64,000 bases of DNA from Longimicrobiales bacterium (GTDB lineage: Bacteria; Gemmatimonadota; Gemmatimonadetes; Longimicrobiales; Gaopeijiaceae), in the NCBI GenBank assembly GCA_965249725.1, contig OZ252251.1:640001-704000 (forward strand). Reading direction: 5' to 3'. The position numbers were made by a program, and so were the translations under genes. Shown piece by piece: positions 20,135-29,144 of this stretch (the first letter of the stretch is position 1; every line of letters starts with the position of its first letter). The notes beneath the pieces are model-generated. The model saw nothing but the letters and a program-made list of their open reading frames with translations, searched no databases and was not told the origin of the DNA.

Positions 20135-21384
20135 GCTGTATCTCCGCTACCGAAGAAGACACGTCCGTCAGCCTGCACGCTCCATGGTCTGATGCTGTTG
20201 TAGTGGTAGGCGCTTCCTTCGCCTCGGGCCGCCATGAGCGTTTCGAGGCTGGGTTGCGTGTATCCGGTCTCATCGATCGCGCGACTGAGCAGAGTGGTCG
20301 CCCGCCCGTCCCAATTCCAGAGGTGACGGAATCGAGTCGTGCACTTGGAGAGCACGGGCTCCTGAAGCTCGGCCGGCTGCCATGTGCGCCCCCCGTCCGT
20401 ACTCACTTCCACTCGAGTGATGCCGCCCCGCCCGCTCCAGGCCAGTCCAGTGATCTCCCACCAGCCACGCTCCGGGAGCACATACGGGAAGGTGGGGAAG
20501 GTGATCGTGGACTTCGCGTCCATCACGAGGCTGAACTGGCGCGAGGTGCCGTCGGCTAGCGGGTCCGTGTACTTGGACGTCTCGTCTCGTGTCATGAAGG
20601 GCCCGTCCGACACCTCGATGCGTCGGATCCACTTCACCTGAGCATTCCCCTCCCATCCCGGGAGGAGGAGTCGGGCCGGGTATCCCTGTTCCGGCCGGAT
20701 CGCCTCACCATTTTGCCCGAAGGCGATCATGGCGTCGTCCCATGCCTTCTCCAGAGGGACGCTCCGGCCCATGACGGCTGCATCGCCGCCCTCGGCCAGC
20801 AGCCAGGTCGCACCGGGCCGCACCCCCACCTCGCGCAGGAGGGTGGCAAGTGCCACGCCCGTCCACTCACTCGTGCTGAGGAGTCCGTCGATCTGCTGCG
20901 GTGAGACTTCGGGGCGGGGCTCGCGGTTGTAGGCCGCCCCACCATTCCCTGAACACTCGACGAAGCAGAGGCGAGATACCGCCGGGAGGCGCTTCAGGTC
21001 GCGCAACGTGAACGTCATGGGTCGCTCTACCATGCCGTGGACCACGAGCGAATACTGTTCCGGCTCGATGTCGGGAATCCCCCCGTGGTGCCGTTCGAAG
21101 TGGAGATCGGCCGGAGTGATGATTCCGCGAAGCTCATGGATGGGAGTCCGTGAGGAAGACGAAGGACCGGGCCGCATTCCCGCGCGTCTCGGCTGTTCCC
21201 CCGGCGCCCTCTGACCCAGTTCGCTGGTCCCCCTTCCAAGCACCTTCGTGGGGTCCGGCGGGGCTTGCTGGGGTGTGGGTTGAGCGTCACCCAAGGAAAG
21301 GGCGTCGGCCTGCGTCTTGAGGAGGCCGCCGGCGATCAGGCCTCCGGTTGCTCCGAGCATCGCGCGGCGTGACAGGCGGGCCAT
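20131..21384 (-). CDS. soxC: Sulfite/sulfane dehydrogenase molybdoprotein, SoxC-like
   Basis: Tat signal SRRAML, ITPADLHFERHHGG, ECSGNG Mo-ligand Cys, PEQGYPARL, GLAWSG; GGAGG RBS. Confidence 0.88.
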   Translation of the reverse strand: MARLSRRAMLGATGGLIAGGLLKTQADALSLGDAQPTPQQAPPDPTKVLGRGTSELGQRAPGEQPRRAGMRPGPSSSSRTPIHELRGIITPADLHFERHHGGIPDIEPEQYSLVVHGMVERPMTFTLRDLKRLPAVSRLCFVECSGNGGAAYNREPRPEVSPQQIDGLLSTSEWTGVALATLLREVGVRPGATWLLAEGGDAAVMGRSVPLEKAWDDAMIAFGQNGEAIRPEQGYPARLLLPGWEGNAQVKWIRRIEVSDGPFMTRDETSKYTDPLADGTSRQFSLVMDAKSTITFPTFPYVLPERGWWEITGLAWSGRGGITRVEVSTDGGRTWQPAELQEPVLSKCTTRFRHLWNWDGRATTLLSRAIDETGYTQPSLETLMAARGEGSAYHYNSIRPWSVQADGRVFFGSGDTA

Positions 21385-21532
21385 GACACCTCCAGAATCC
21401 GACGTTTCGCGACGGGCCCCTCGCGGAGCATCCCCGGAGAGTCCCGAGATCGCCCCTCCCGTAGCGTCTGAGGAGAGCAACCTCCGTCCCGTTCGAGGTC
21501 TCCCGCAAGTCCCCCGGCCGGGCCCTCCCGCG

Positions 21533-21562
21533 TTGACAGGGTCGGCAGGCCCCCTTTAGCGT
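21533..21562 (+). promoter_or_regulatory. Putative sigma70 promoter (TTGACA-N18-TAGCGT)
   Basis: Perfect -35 at 21533-21538 and TAnnnT at 21557-21562, 7 nt before ATG 21569. Confidence 0.5.
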
Positions 21563-21568
21563 CATGGC

Positions 21569-21901
21569 ATGATCTGGTTGCGCGAATGCTTGACCAAGCG
21601 ATTGGGGGCAGGGCTGGCGGTTTGGACGCTGGCCGTGGGGGTTACGATCCCTTTCCTCGATCGAGACCTGCTGGGCTTCGACATCGCCATCGAGGCGGAG
21701 CACCAGGAGGCGTGTAGCGTTCCGGCCCACGATCACACGATCTGCTCCCAATACGGCAAGCATCCGTGGGCGACCCCTCCAAGCGAAGTCGACCCGGCTC
21801 TCCCGCCGTCCATAGTGGAGGCCGTGGTGCATCGGCAGGACTTGATTCCACCGAGGCGCCTTTCCCGCCCAGCGCACCCCCGAGCTCCACCCACCCTCTG
21901 A
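21569..21901 (+). CDS. Putative regulatory leader/arrest peptide (DUF2946/CruR/CutF-like) ending RAPP
   Basis: N-terminal hydrophobic segment, HQEAC...HDHTIC His/Cys cluster, Pro-rich linker, C-terminal RAPPTL*; precedes metal uptake genes. Confidence 0.7.
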   Translation: MIWLRECLTKRLGAGLAVWTLAVGVTIPFLDRDLLGFDIAIEAEHQEACSVPAHDHTICSQYGKHPWATPPSEVDPALPPSIVEAVVHRQDLIPPRRLSRPAHPRAPPTL

Positions 21902-22016
21902 GATCCTTCCTGCATCTAGCAGGAAGACCGTGAGCGCGGTGCCCTGACGGCACACGCGCCCCATCGGTCGTCGCCCCTCCCGAGAGACTGGGAGACGGGC
22001 TTTCAGGGGAAGGAAA

Positions 22017-23351
22017 GTGAAGCAACAAACCATCCGAGGCCTGAGCCTCTTCATTCTATGTGCCGCCTTCGTGGCGGCTCCGGGTACCGCCCGGGGGCAA
22101 GACGTGTCGCGCTCCCAGGCCGACTCGTTGCGCGCCGAGATCGCCGAGCTTCGGAGCCAGCTCGACAGCATCCGCGTGCTCGTCGCGCAGGGGGGCGCGG
22201 AGCCGGACGAGGAAGATGACGCCCTTGCCCGTCTCCGAGCGGCGGCCCGAGCGGCGGCGGGGGGACCCGAGGCCGACACACCCGCGCTAGACGAGGGCGA
22301 CCAGGAGTTCGTGGGCCGTTCCCGCTCTCTGCAGGCGCTGAACCCCGAAATCAGTGTGACGGGTGACCTCTTATTCTCGATTCAGAGCGAGGACGCCGAC
22401 GCCGACAACTTCGTCCCTCGGGAATTCGAGTTCTCATTCGTCTCGGCGCTGGATCCCTTTTCGAGAGCCAAGATCTTCCTCTCGGCGGAAGAGGAGGGCG
22501 CCCGGATCGAGGTCTTCCCGGGGGCGGAGGAAGAGGCCGATGAGCATGGTCCGGGGCTCGCGGTCGAGGAGGGCTACCTGGAGTGGGTGGGGATCGCCGG
22601 GGGCGTAGGGATCAAGGTAGGGCGCTTCTTCCAACAATTCGGGCAGGTGAATCGTTGGCACAGCCATGCCCTTCAGTTCCAGAGCCGTTCGCTGCCACAC
22701 CTGGCGTTCATCGGGGAAGAGGCGCTCGCACAGGATGGCGCGTCGCTGCGGTGGCTTCTCCCGAACAACGGAGGTGGAGCCTACGAAGCGACCGTCGAGG
22801 TGACGCGAAGCACGAACCATGGCCTGTTCGGGGAATCTCGGGGACCGAGTTACCTGGGGCACTTCAACGCCTTCTGGCAACTCTCCTCAGCGGTCGATCT
22901 GGACCTGGGGTTGAGCGCGATCTTCGGAGACCACCTGGCAGACGGCGTCACCTATTCCAACCGACTGTTCGGAGCCGAGGCGGCGTTGAGTTGGGTGCCT
23001 CCGGATCGGTCCCGGTACCGGGGCGTCACGCTCAGAGGGGGCGTCATGGTGTCCGATCCGGGGGCCGCATCAGGCTCCCCGGCGCCCGAGTCGGCCTTGG
23101 GAATCTGGTCCCTCGCGGAGATCAAGTTGTCGAGGCAGTGGATCGCCGGTGGCCGCTATGAGTGGGTGGAGAACCCCGATGACCCCACGGAGACGGCGTG
23201 GCTGGCATCCCCGGCGCTGACGTACTGGCAAAGCGAGTTCGTTCGACTGAGAGCGGAGTACGATGTGTTGGGCAACCCGGGGGCAACCACGGGCCAGTTC
23301 ACGCTCCGAATCACGTTCGCCATGGGACCTCACAAGCACGAGACGTACTGA
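22017..23351 (+). CDS. Outer-membrane beta-barrel protein associated with metal ABC uptake
   Basis: Signal peptide, N-terminal coiled coil, LNPEISV, amphipathic beta-strands, His-rich C-terminus GPHKHETY. Confidence 0.7.
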   Translation: MKQQTIRGLSLFILCAAFVAAPGTARGQDVSRSQADSLRAEIAELRSQLDSIRVLVAQGGAEPDEEDDALARLRAAARAAAGGPEADTPALDEGDQEFVGRSRSLQALNPEISVTGDLLFSIQSEDADADNFVPREFEFSFVSALDPFSRAKIFLSAEEEGARIEVFPGAEEEADEHGPGLAVEEGYLEWVGIAGGVGIKVGRFFQQFGQVNRWHSHALQFQSRSLPHLAFIGEEALAQDGASLRWLLPNNGGGAYEATVEVTRSTNHGLFGESRGPSYLGHFNAFWQLSSAVDLDLGLSAIFGDHLADGVTYSNRLFGAEAALSWVPPDRSRYRGVTLRGGVMVSDPGAASGSPAPESALGIWSLAEIKLSRQWIAGGRYEWVENPDDPTETAWLASPALTYWQSEFVRLRAEYDVLGNPGATTGQFTLRITFAMGPHKHETY

Positions 23352-23361
23352 GGGTATAGCG

Positions 23362-24435
23362 ATGATGAAAGCACTAGCGATAGTCGTGATGACGGGTTGG
23401 ATGTCCGGGCTTCACGGGGATGCGGCGCCTGGCGCCGGTCCGGACCGGCAGGAGCCTGTTCGCGTCGTCACGACGCTCCCCGTGTACGCGGATCTCGTGC
23501 GGAAGATCGGCGGAGCCGAAGTCGAGGTGTCCTCCATCGCCGCACCGAATGAGGACTCACACTTCGTCCGCCCAAAGCCCAGCTTCGCAGTACAGATCCG
23601 GCGGGCAGAGATGTTCGTCACGACCGGGCTCGACCTCGAGCTGTGGGTCCCGACCCTTCTCGATCGCGCCGGGAACCGCGATGTGTCCGAGGGTGGCCGA
23701 GGCTATGTGACGGCCTACACGGGGGTCGAGCTGTTGGACATTCCGACCTCGATCGATCGAAGTGGAGGCGACGTCCACGTCTTCGGGAATCCCCACCTGG
23801 TTACCGATCCCCTCCGGACCCTCCGAGTGGCCCGGAACATCACGGTCGGCCTGAAGAGGGTGGCGCCCGAACGGTCTCGAATCTGGGACGTCGGCCTCGC
23901 GCGCCTGACTGAGGAGATCTACGTCAGGCTCTTCGGGGAGACGTTGGTCGAGCTCCTCGGGGGAGATGTTCTGGCCGACCTGGCCTTGAAGGGCACGCTC
24001 TATCCGTTCCTCGAAGTCGAGGAGTGGCAGGGCAGGCCCCTGATTCACGAATTGGGTGGATGGCTCGGAATAGCGGAGCCGTTCCGCGGCCGCGACATCA
24101 TCTGCTACCACAAGAACTGGGCGTATCTCGAGGATCGCTTCGGTGTTCAGTGCGCCGACTACGTCGAGGCCAAACCCGGCATCCCGCCCACTCCCGGCCA
24201 TGTGGCCGATCTCCTCGAGAAGATGTCGAATGAGGGCCTGGACGTGATCCTGGCCGCCTCGTACTTCGACCAGAAGAAGGTCGATTCCGTGGCCCGGCGC
24301 AGCGGCGCCCACGTCGTCGTCGTCCCCATGAACCCCGGAGGCAAGGATGGTGTCGACGACTACTTCGCCCTCGTGGACGACTGGGTCGAGGGATTGGCCG
24401 AGGCGCTCGGTCCGTCCACCGGTCCGTCCAGATGA
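23362..24435 (+). CDS. Metal ABC transporter substrate-binding protein (ZnuA/TroA family)
   Basis: VVTTLP, DSHFVRPKPS, GDVHVFGNPH, YHKNWAY, EAKPGIPPTPGH. Confidence 0.9.
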   Translation: MMKALAIVVMTGWMSGLHGDAAPGAGPDRQEPVRVVTTLPVYADLVRKIGGAEVEVSSIAAPNEDSHFVRPKPSFAVQIRRAEMFVTTGLDLELWVPTLLDRAGNRDVSEGGRGYVTAYTGVELLDIPTSIDRSGGDVHVFGNPHLVTDPLRTLRVARNITVGLKRVAPERSRIWDVGLARLTEEIYVRLFGETLVELLGGDVLADLALKGTLYPFLEVEEWQGRPLIHELGGWLGIAEPFRGRDIICYHKNWAYLEDRFGVQCADYVEAKPGIPPTPGHVADLLEKMSNEGLDVILAASYFDQKKVDSVARRSGAHVVVVPMNPGGKDGVDDYFALVDDWVEGLAEALGPSTGPSR

Positions 24436-24467
24436 TCAGCCGACACACTCTGGCAATGAGGCTCTAG

Positions 24468-25289
24468 ATGCTCGACCTGATGCTCGCGCCCATCGCGGCC
24501 GGCCTCGTCATTCTCGCGATTCATGCCTATCTGGGGCTGCACGTCATCGCGAGGGGGGTGATCTTCGTCGATCTGGCCTTCGCCCAGATCGCCGCGTTGG
24601 GCACTACCGTGGGACTGATGATGGGTGTAGAGCATGGGACACCCATGTCGGTGGCCTTCTCACTCGGGTTCACGCTGATCGGCGCTCTCATTTTCTCGTT
24701 CAGCCGCCTCGAGGAGACTGTCGTGCCTCAGGAGGCCATTATCGGCATCACATATGTCGTGGCCTCGGCGGCGGTCATCCTCATCGCCGGTTTTACGGCC
24801 GAGGGTGCGCAACACGTGGCCGAGACCATGACGGGTACGCTCATCTGGGTGACCTGGCCTCAGATTCTCCGCATGGCTGTGGTCTATGTGGTCTTGGGTG
24901 TCTTCTACTACGCGTTCCGGCATCGCTTCGTCGCTCTGTCGATGCGTGACGACACGCTCGAGCAGGGCCGGCTCTGGGACTTCCTGTTCTACGTCGCCTT
25001 CGGAGTCGTGATCACGTTTTCGGTAGCCATTGCCGGTGTCCTCATGGTCTTCAGCGCTCTGGTGATTCCAGCCGTCGTGGCCTTTCTGTTCACGAGCCGA
25101 TTCCTCGTAGCTCTGGTGTTGGCGTGGGTCGTGGGGACCGCTGCGCTGGTGACCGGAGTGGTGGCGTCCTTCGTACTGGACGTCGCGACAGGACCGTTGC
25201 TGGTATGTACGTTCGGACTGGCGCTGGTCGTGGCACTGCTCGTTCGGTGGGGAACCGGGGTCCAACCCGGAGGCGATCTCCAGGTTTGA
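24468..25289 (+). CDS. Metal ABC transporter permease (ZnuB/ABC-3 family)
   Basis: LGLHVIARGVIFVDLAFAQIAALG, EAIIG, GVLMVFSALVIPA. Confidence 0.9.
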   Translation: MLDLMLAPIAAGLVILAIHAYLGLHVIARGVIFVDLAFAQIAALGTTVGLMMGVEHGTPMSVAFSLGFTLIGALIFSFSRLEETVVPQEAIIGITYVVASAAVILIAGFTAEGAQHVAETMTGTLIWVTWPQILRMAVVYVVLGVFYYAFRHRFVALSMRDDTLEQGRLWDFLFYVAFGVVITFSVAIAGVLMVFSALVIPAVVAFLFTSRFLVALVLAWVVGTAALVTGVVASFVLDVATGPLLVCTFGLALVVALLVRWGTGVQPGGDLQV

Positions 25290-25404
25290 GGGCGGCGGGC
25301 TCAGCGACCCCGGACGGTCGAATGGAGCACCTGATGTGTAACGTTGAGGCGCGTTCGCTGTATCCTTAGCAGCGCATCATGGAAAATCGAACTCGGAGGG
25401 CGAA

Positions 25405-25971
25405 TTGAAGCGTCTAGTCTGCGCGCTTTTGGTGGCCACGTTTCCGATCGTGTCGGGTTGTGGTGGCGACGATCCAGTCGGACCCATTGCATCCGGCCCG
25501 ATGCAGTTGAGCATCACGGGCATCGCCCCGTCTGACATCGAAGCCGGAGTCATCGACCGGAACGTCAGCATTACGACTGCAGCGGCCAATCTGTGGCCCA
25601 GCTACGTACGCCTCGTGTCGGACCTGTGTGGTCGAGATCCGGTGGGGTTCTCGATCAACTCGCTCGCGATGTCACTCGACTTCGAAGAGAGCCTGAACGT
25701 CTCGCAACTCGAGGAGGTCTTTGACGGCACCGTGACCATCTACCTGACCGCCGGAGGCGCGACGGTGGAAATCGGTACCGGATTGGTTTCCGGTGCGGGC
25801 CCTGTCACGCTACAGGGCGTCAGCACGGAGGAGGCGCTGGCCGTGCTCTATACCCAGATGCTGGCGGGGACGTTTCAGGTGGGCCTGAGGGCCGAAACCT
25901 CTCGCACCGCCGAGGACGATTTCTCGCTCGACGTGGAGGTGTCCTTCCTCACGCGCGCCTCTTGCCAGTAG
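25405..25971 (+). CDS. Hypothetical lipoprotein
   Basis: GGAGG RBS, TTG start, lipobox VSGC, beta-rich mature part. Confidence 0.65.
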   Translation: MKRLVCALLVATFPIVSGCGGDDPVGPIASGPMQLSITGIAPSDIEAGVIDRNVSITTAAANLWPSYVRLVSDLCGRDPVGFSINSLAMSLDFEESLNVSQLEEVFDGTVTIYLTAGGATVEIGTGLVSGAGPVTLQGVSTEEALAVLYTQMLAGTFQVGLRAETSRTAEDDFSLDVEVSFLTRASCQ

Positions 25972-26023
25972 GCATTCGGGCGGAGCGGACCCTCGGCCAG
26001 TAACAGTTCGCCGGACAGTCCCC

Positions 26024-26584
26024 TCAGAACGACCAGTTCACGATGGGCAGGAACTGAAGGCTCTCCTTGCCACTGATGATGTTGATCAGCCCGATCTGGA
26101 TGCCATGCATGTTCTCGGCCCAGTTCACGATGCCCAGCTGGAACCCCGAGATATCGCGCGCCCGGTTGAAGAAGCCGAACTGAAACGCCTCGCCCCAATC
26201 GATCTGGTTGTAGACGCTGAACCCTTGGACGCCCACGAATTCCTGTTGATTGATGTTGGCCAGGATATTGTTCTGCCACCCCAGGAAGGCGCCCTCGACG
26301 ACGCCCACCGCGCCCCACTGTAGTCCCTTGGACACGCCACCGGTGCTGTGGTTCACCACGCCGATATCGAGCCCCCGAACGGCCACGTTCTTGCTGTAGA
26401 GGCCCAGCCGAAGGATGCGGATCGCGGACTCTTCGCTACGAATCTGAATTGGCGGGAAGAGGGAGAGCTCGAAGTTCTGGACGGAGTCGTCGACTCCGGA
26501 GGGCTGCTGTGCCTCCATCTGCGCGGGGGCAGCGGCGATGGCGATCAAGAATCCGACGACTAGAATGAGCGGAGACGCTCTCAC
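26024..26584 (-). CDS. LA_2272-like surface repeat protein
   Basis: Signal peptide, repeated G(L/F/I)Q(L/I)GxxN units, C-terminal FLPIVNWSF. Confidence 0.75.
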   Translation of the reverse strand: MRASPLILVVGFLIAIAAAPAQMEAQQPSGVDDSVQNFELSLFPPIQIRSEESAIRILRLGLYSKNVAVRGLDIGVVNHSTGGVSKGLQWGAVGVVEGAFLGWQNNILANINQQEFVGVQGFSVYNQIDWGEAFQFGFFNRARDISGFQLGIVNWAENMHGIQIGLINIISGKESLQFLPIVNWSF

Positions 26585-26651
26585 TACTACCTCCCGAGTC
26601 CAGGTCTGTTGGTGGTTTCCCCGTTACCGGCCAACCTACGCCACGGTATGC

Positions 26652-29063
26652 TCACTCTACCCGTAGCGCCACGATTGGGTCGATACGTGCGGCACGCACG
26701 GCCGGGAAGGTTGCGGCCAGGGCCCCCAGCACGATGATCCCGGCCGCGACGCCGACGTAGGTCAACGAATCCGTCGGTGGCACTCCGTAGAGGAGGCTCT
26801 CCATGAGACGCGAGAGCACGGATGCGCCGGCCAAGCCCGAGAGTACTCCGACGACGACCACCCGCACGGCGCCGGCCACGACCAGCCGGGCCGTCTCTCG
26901 AGAACCGGCGCCCAAGGCCATGCGCAGTCCGATCTCGCCTGTCCGCTGTACCACCGCGTACGATACGACGCCGTAGATGCCGACGCAGGACAGGATCAGG
27001 GCCGACAGGGCCAGCCCGATCAGGAGCGCCATGTTGAACCGGGGCTCCGCTACAGACCGCGTCAGGCGGTCGGCCACGGTGCCCACCTCGGTCGGCGGTA
27101 GCTCCGGATCGAGGGCGAGCACCTCCCGCTGGATGACGGCACTCATCACGGACTCGTCGAGCGTCGTGTGCACGACCACGTGCATCTCGGTCAGAGCGAA
27201 CTGGCTGATCGGGACGAACAACTCCGGCTTCGTATCGGACGAAAGGCCCTCATGGTGCACGTCGCCGACCACTCCGATGATCGTGAGCGACCCGGCCATC
27301 GGTACGTCGAGGAGCTGTCCGATCGGATCGCGGTCGCGGAAGTACCGGTCGGCGAGCTTCGCGTTGATCAGCGCCACCCCACGACCGTCCGCACCGTCCA
27401 GTTCGCTGAAGAGCCTGCCCCGCACAAGCGGAATATCCATGGCGGGGAAGTAGCCCCTTACCACACCCCTGTAGTCCGCGCGAGGGCGTTCGGTGGGTGA
27501 GGTCGCGTCGAGGCCCAGGATGGTGAAGGGCATCTCGAAATCGACCCCCACGGAACTCATCGGGAGTGCCGATACAGCGCCGACTTCCTCCACACCGGCG
27601 AGGCCTCGGACTCGCTCCACGATTTGAGAGAAGAAGAGCCGCTGTGCCTCCGAGTCCGGGTACCTGGATCGGGGTAGGGCGACGGCCACCGTTACCACGC
27701 CCTCCGTGCGGAAGCCCGGGTCCACGTCGGTCAGGCGGTCGAAGCTCCGGACCATGAGTCCCGCCCCGATCAGGAGAATGATCGCCAAGGCGACCTCACT
27801 CGCCACCAGCCCGTTGATGATCAGGCGTGCCCGGCGACCAAATCCGGCGCCGCGCCCGGACTCCTGGATCACGACCCCCAGGTTTGGGCGCATGGCCCGA
27901 ATCGCCGGAAGAAGTCCGACGGCCAAGCCGGCAACCAGGGCCACTACCAGCGCGAAGCCGAGGGCCGTGACATCGAGGCCGATATCGCCGGAGCGTGGTA
28001 TGCTGTCGGGAATGACGTTGCGCAGGATGCCGACTGCCCCATAGGCCACTGCGACCCCGGCTAACCCACCCAACCCCGCCAAGACCATGCTCTCGGTCAG
28101 GGACCGCTTGAGAAGCGCTTTCCCTCCGGCGCCCAACGTGGCACGAATCGCGTAGCCCCGGGCAGCCTCGGTGGAGCGGACCAGGAGGAGGTTCGAGACG
28201 TTGACGCAGCCTGTAAGGAGAACGAGGGTCACGGCCCCGAACAGCACCCATAGTGTGGATCGCACGTCACCGACGAGTTGTTCCTGGGTTGGCACCAGCG
28301 AGACGCCCCAGCCTTCACTGTTCTCCGGATCCTCCGTCTCGATCTGTCTCGCCAAGGCCGACATGTCCCCCTGCGCCTGTTCGAGGGTCACGTCTGGACG
28401 AAGTCGACCAATCGCGTTGAACATGCGGTGGGGCCGGCTGATCAGGGCTTCCAGATCGAGGGTCAGAGGGGACCAGGCCTCGACCGAAGGGTCGCCCGCC
28501 GGGAACTCGAAACCGGCCGGCATGACACCGACCACGGTGTACCCCTCTCCATCGAACTCCAACGTCCGCCCGACGATGCTCGGATCCTGTCCGAAATGCC
28601 TGGACCAGGCTCCGTAGCTGAGGATCACCAACCGTTCGTTCCCCTGGACCTCGTCCTCCTGAAGGAGGGTGCGGCCCAGTAGCGGATCGACCCCGAGCAC
28701 CCTGAAGACGGCCGGGGAGACCCGGACACTCGGCACGCGTACCGGATCACCGTCACCTGTGAGCGTAAACCCGACGTATTGATAGACCGCGACGGACTCG
28801 AGCGTCTGTGAGCGCGTCCGCCAGTCCACATAGGTGGTCGTAGACGTCTGTACCTCGTCCTGCCCCTGTTCGAGGTTGTTCTCCCAGATCGTGACCAGGC
28901 GCTCCGGGGAGTCGTAGTCGAGCGGGCGCAACAGCACGCCATAGACGACACTGAAAATCGCCGTGTTCACACCGATCGCGATTGCCAGTGTGAGCACGAT
29001 AATCCCCGCCAAGGCCGGGCGGCTTCCAATCGAGCGGAGGGCGTGCTTCAAGTCGCGTCCCAT
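26652..29063 (-). CDS. ABC permease, ADOP-type duplicated MacB/FtsX orphan permease
   Basis: LTLAIAIGVNTAIFSVV, two MacB/FtsX halves, EIGLRMALGA, RAARIDPIVALRVE. Confidence 0.9.
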   Translation of the reverse strand: MGRDLKHALRSIGSRPALAGIIVLTLAIAIGVNTAIFSVVYGVLLRPLDYDSPERLVTIWENNLEQGQDEVQTSTTTYVDWRTRSQTLESVAVYQYVGFTLTGDGDPVRVPSVRVSPAVFRVLGVDPLLGRTLLQEDEVQGNERLVILSYGAWSRHFGQDPSIVGRTLEFDGEGYTVVGVMPAGFEFPAGDPSVEAWSPLTLDLEALISRPHRMFNAIGRLRPDVTLEQAQGDMSALARQIETEDPENSEGWGVSLVPTQEQLVGDVRSTLWVLFGAVTLVLLTGCVNVSNLLLVRSTEAARGYAIRATLGAGGKALLKRSLTESMVLAGLGGLAGVAVAYGAVGILRNVIPDSIPRSGDIGLDVTALGFALVVALVAGLAVGLLPAIRAMRPNLGVVIQESGRGAGFGRRARLIINGLVASEVALAIILLIGAGLMVRSFDRLTDVDPGFRTEGVVTVAVALPRSRYPDSEAQRLFFSQIVERVRGLAGVEEVGAVSALPMSSVGVDFEMPFTILGLDATSPTERPRADYRGVVRGYFPAMDIPLVRGRLFSELDGADGRGVALINAKLADRYFRDRDPIGQLLDVPMAGSLTIIGVVGDVHHEGLSSDTKPELFVPISQFALTEMHVVVHTTLDESVMSAVIQREVLALDPELPPTEVGTVADRLTRSVAEPRFNMALLIGLALSALILSCVGIYGVVSYAVVQRTGEIGLRMALGAGSRETARLVVAGAVRVVVVGVLSGLAGASVLSRLMESLLYGVPPTDSLTYVGVAAGIIVLGALAATFPAVRAARIDPIVALRVE

Positions 29064-29090
29064 ATCGTTGCCCCGTCGTGTCGTTAACGT

Positions 29091-29128
29091 GTCGTCATCG
29101 GGTCGTCATCGGTCGTCATCGGGTCGTC
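29091..29128. repeat. 10/11-bp tandem repeat GTCGTCATCG(G) x3.5
   Basis: Read directly; intergenic. Confidence 0.85.
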
Positions 29129-29144
29129 GACTTCGGCAAGAGCA

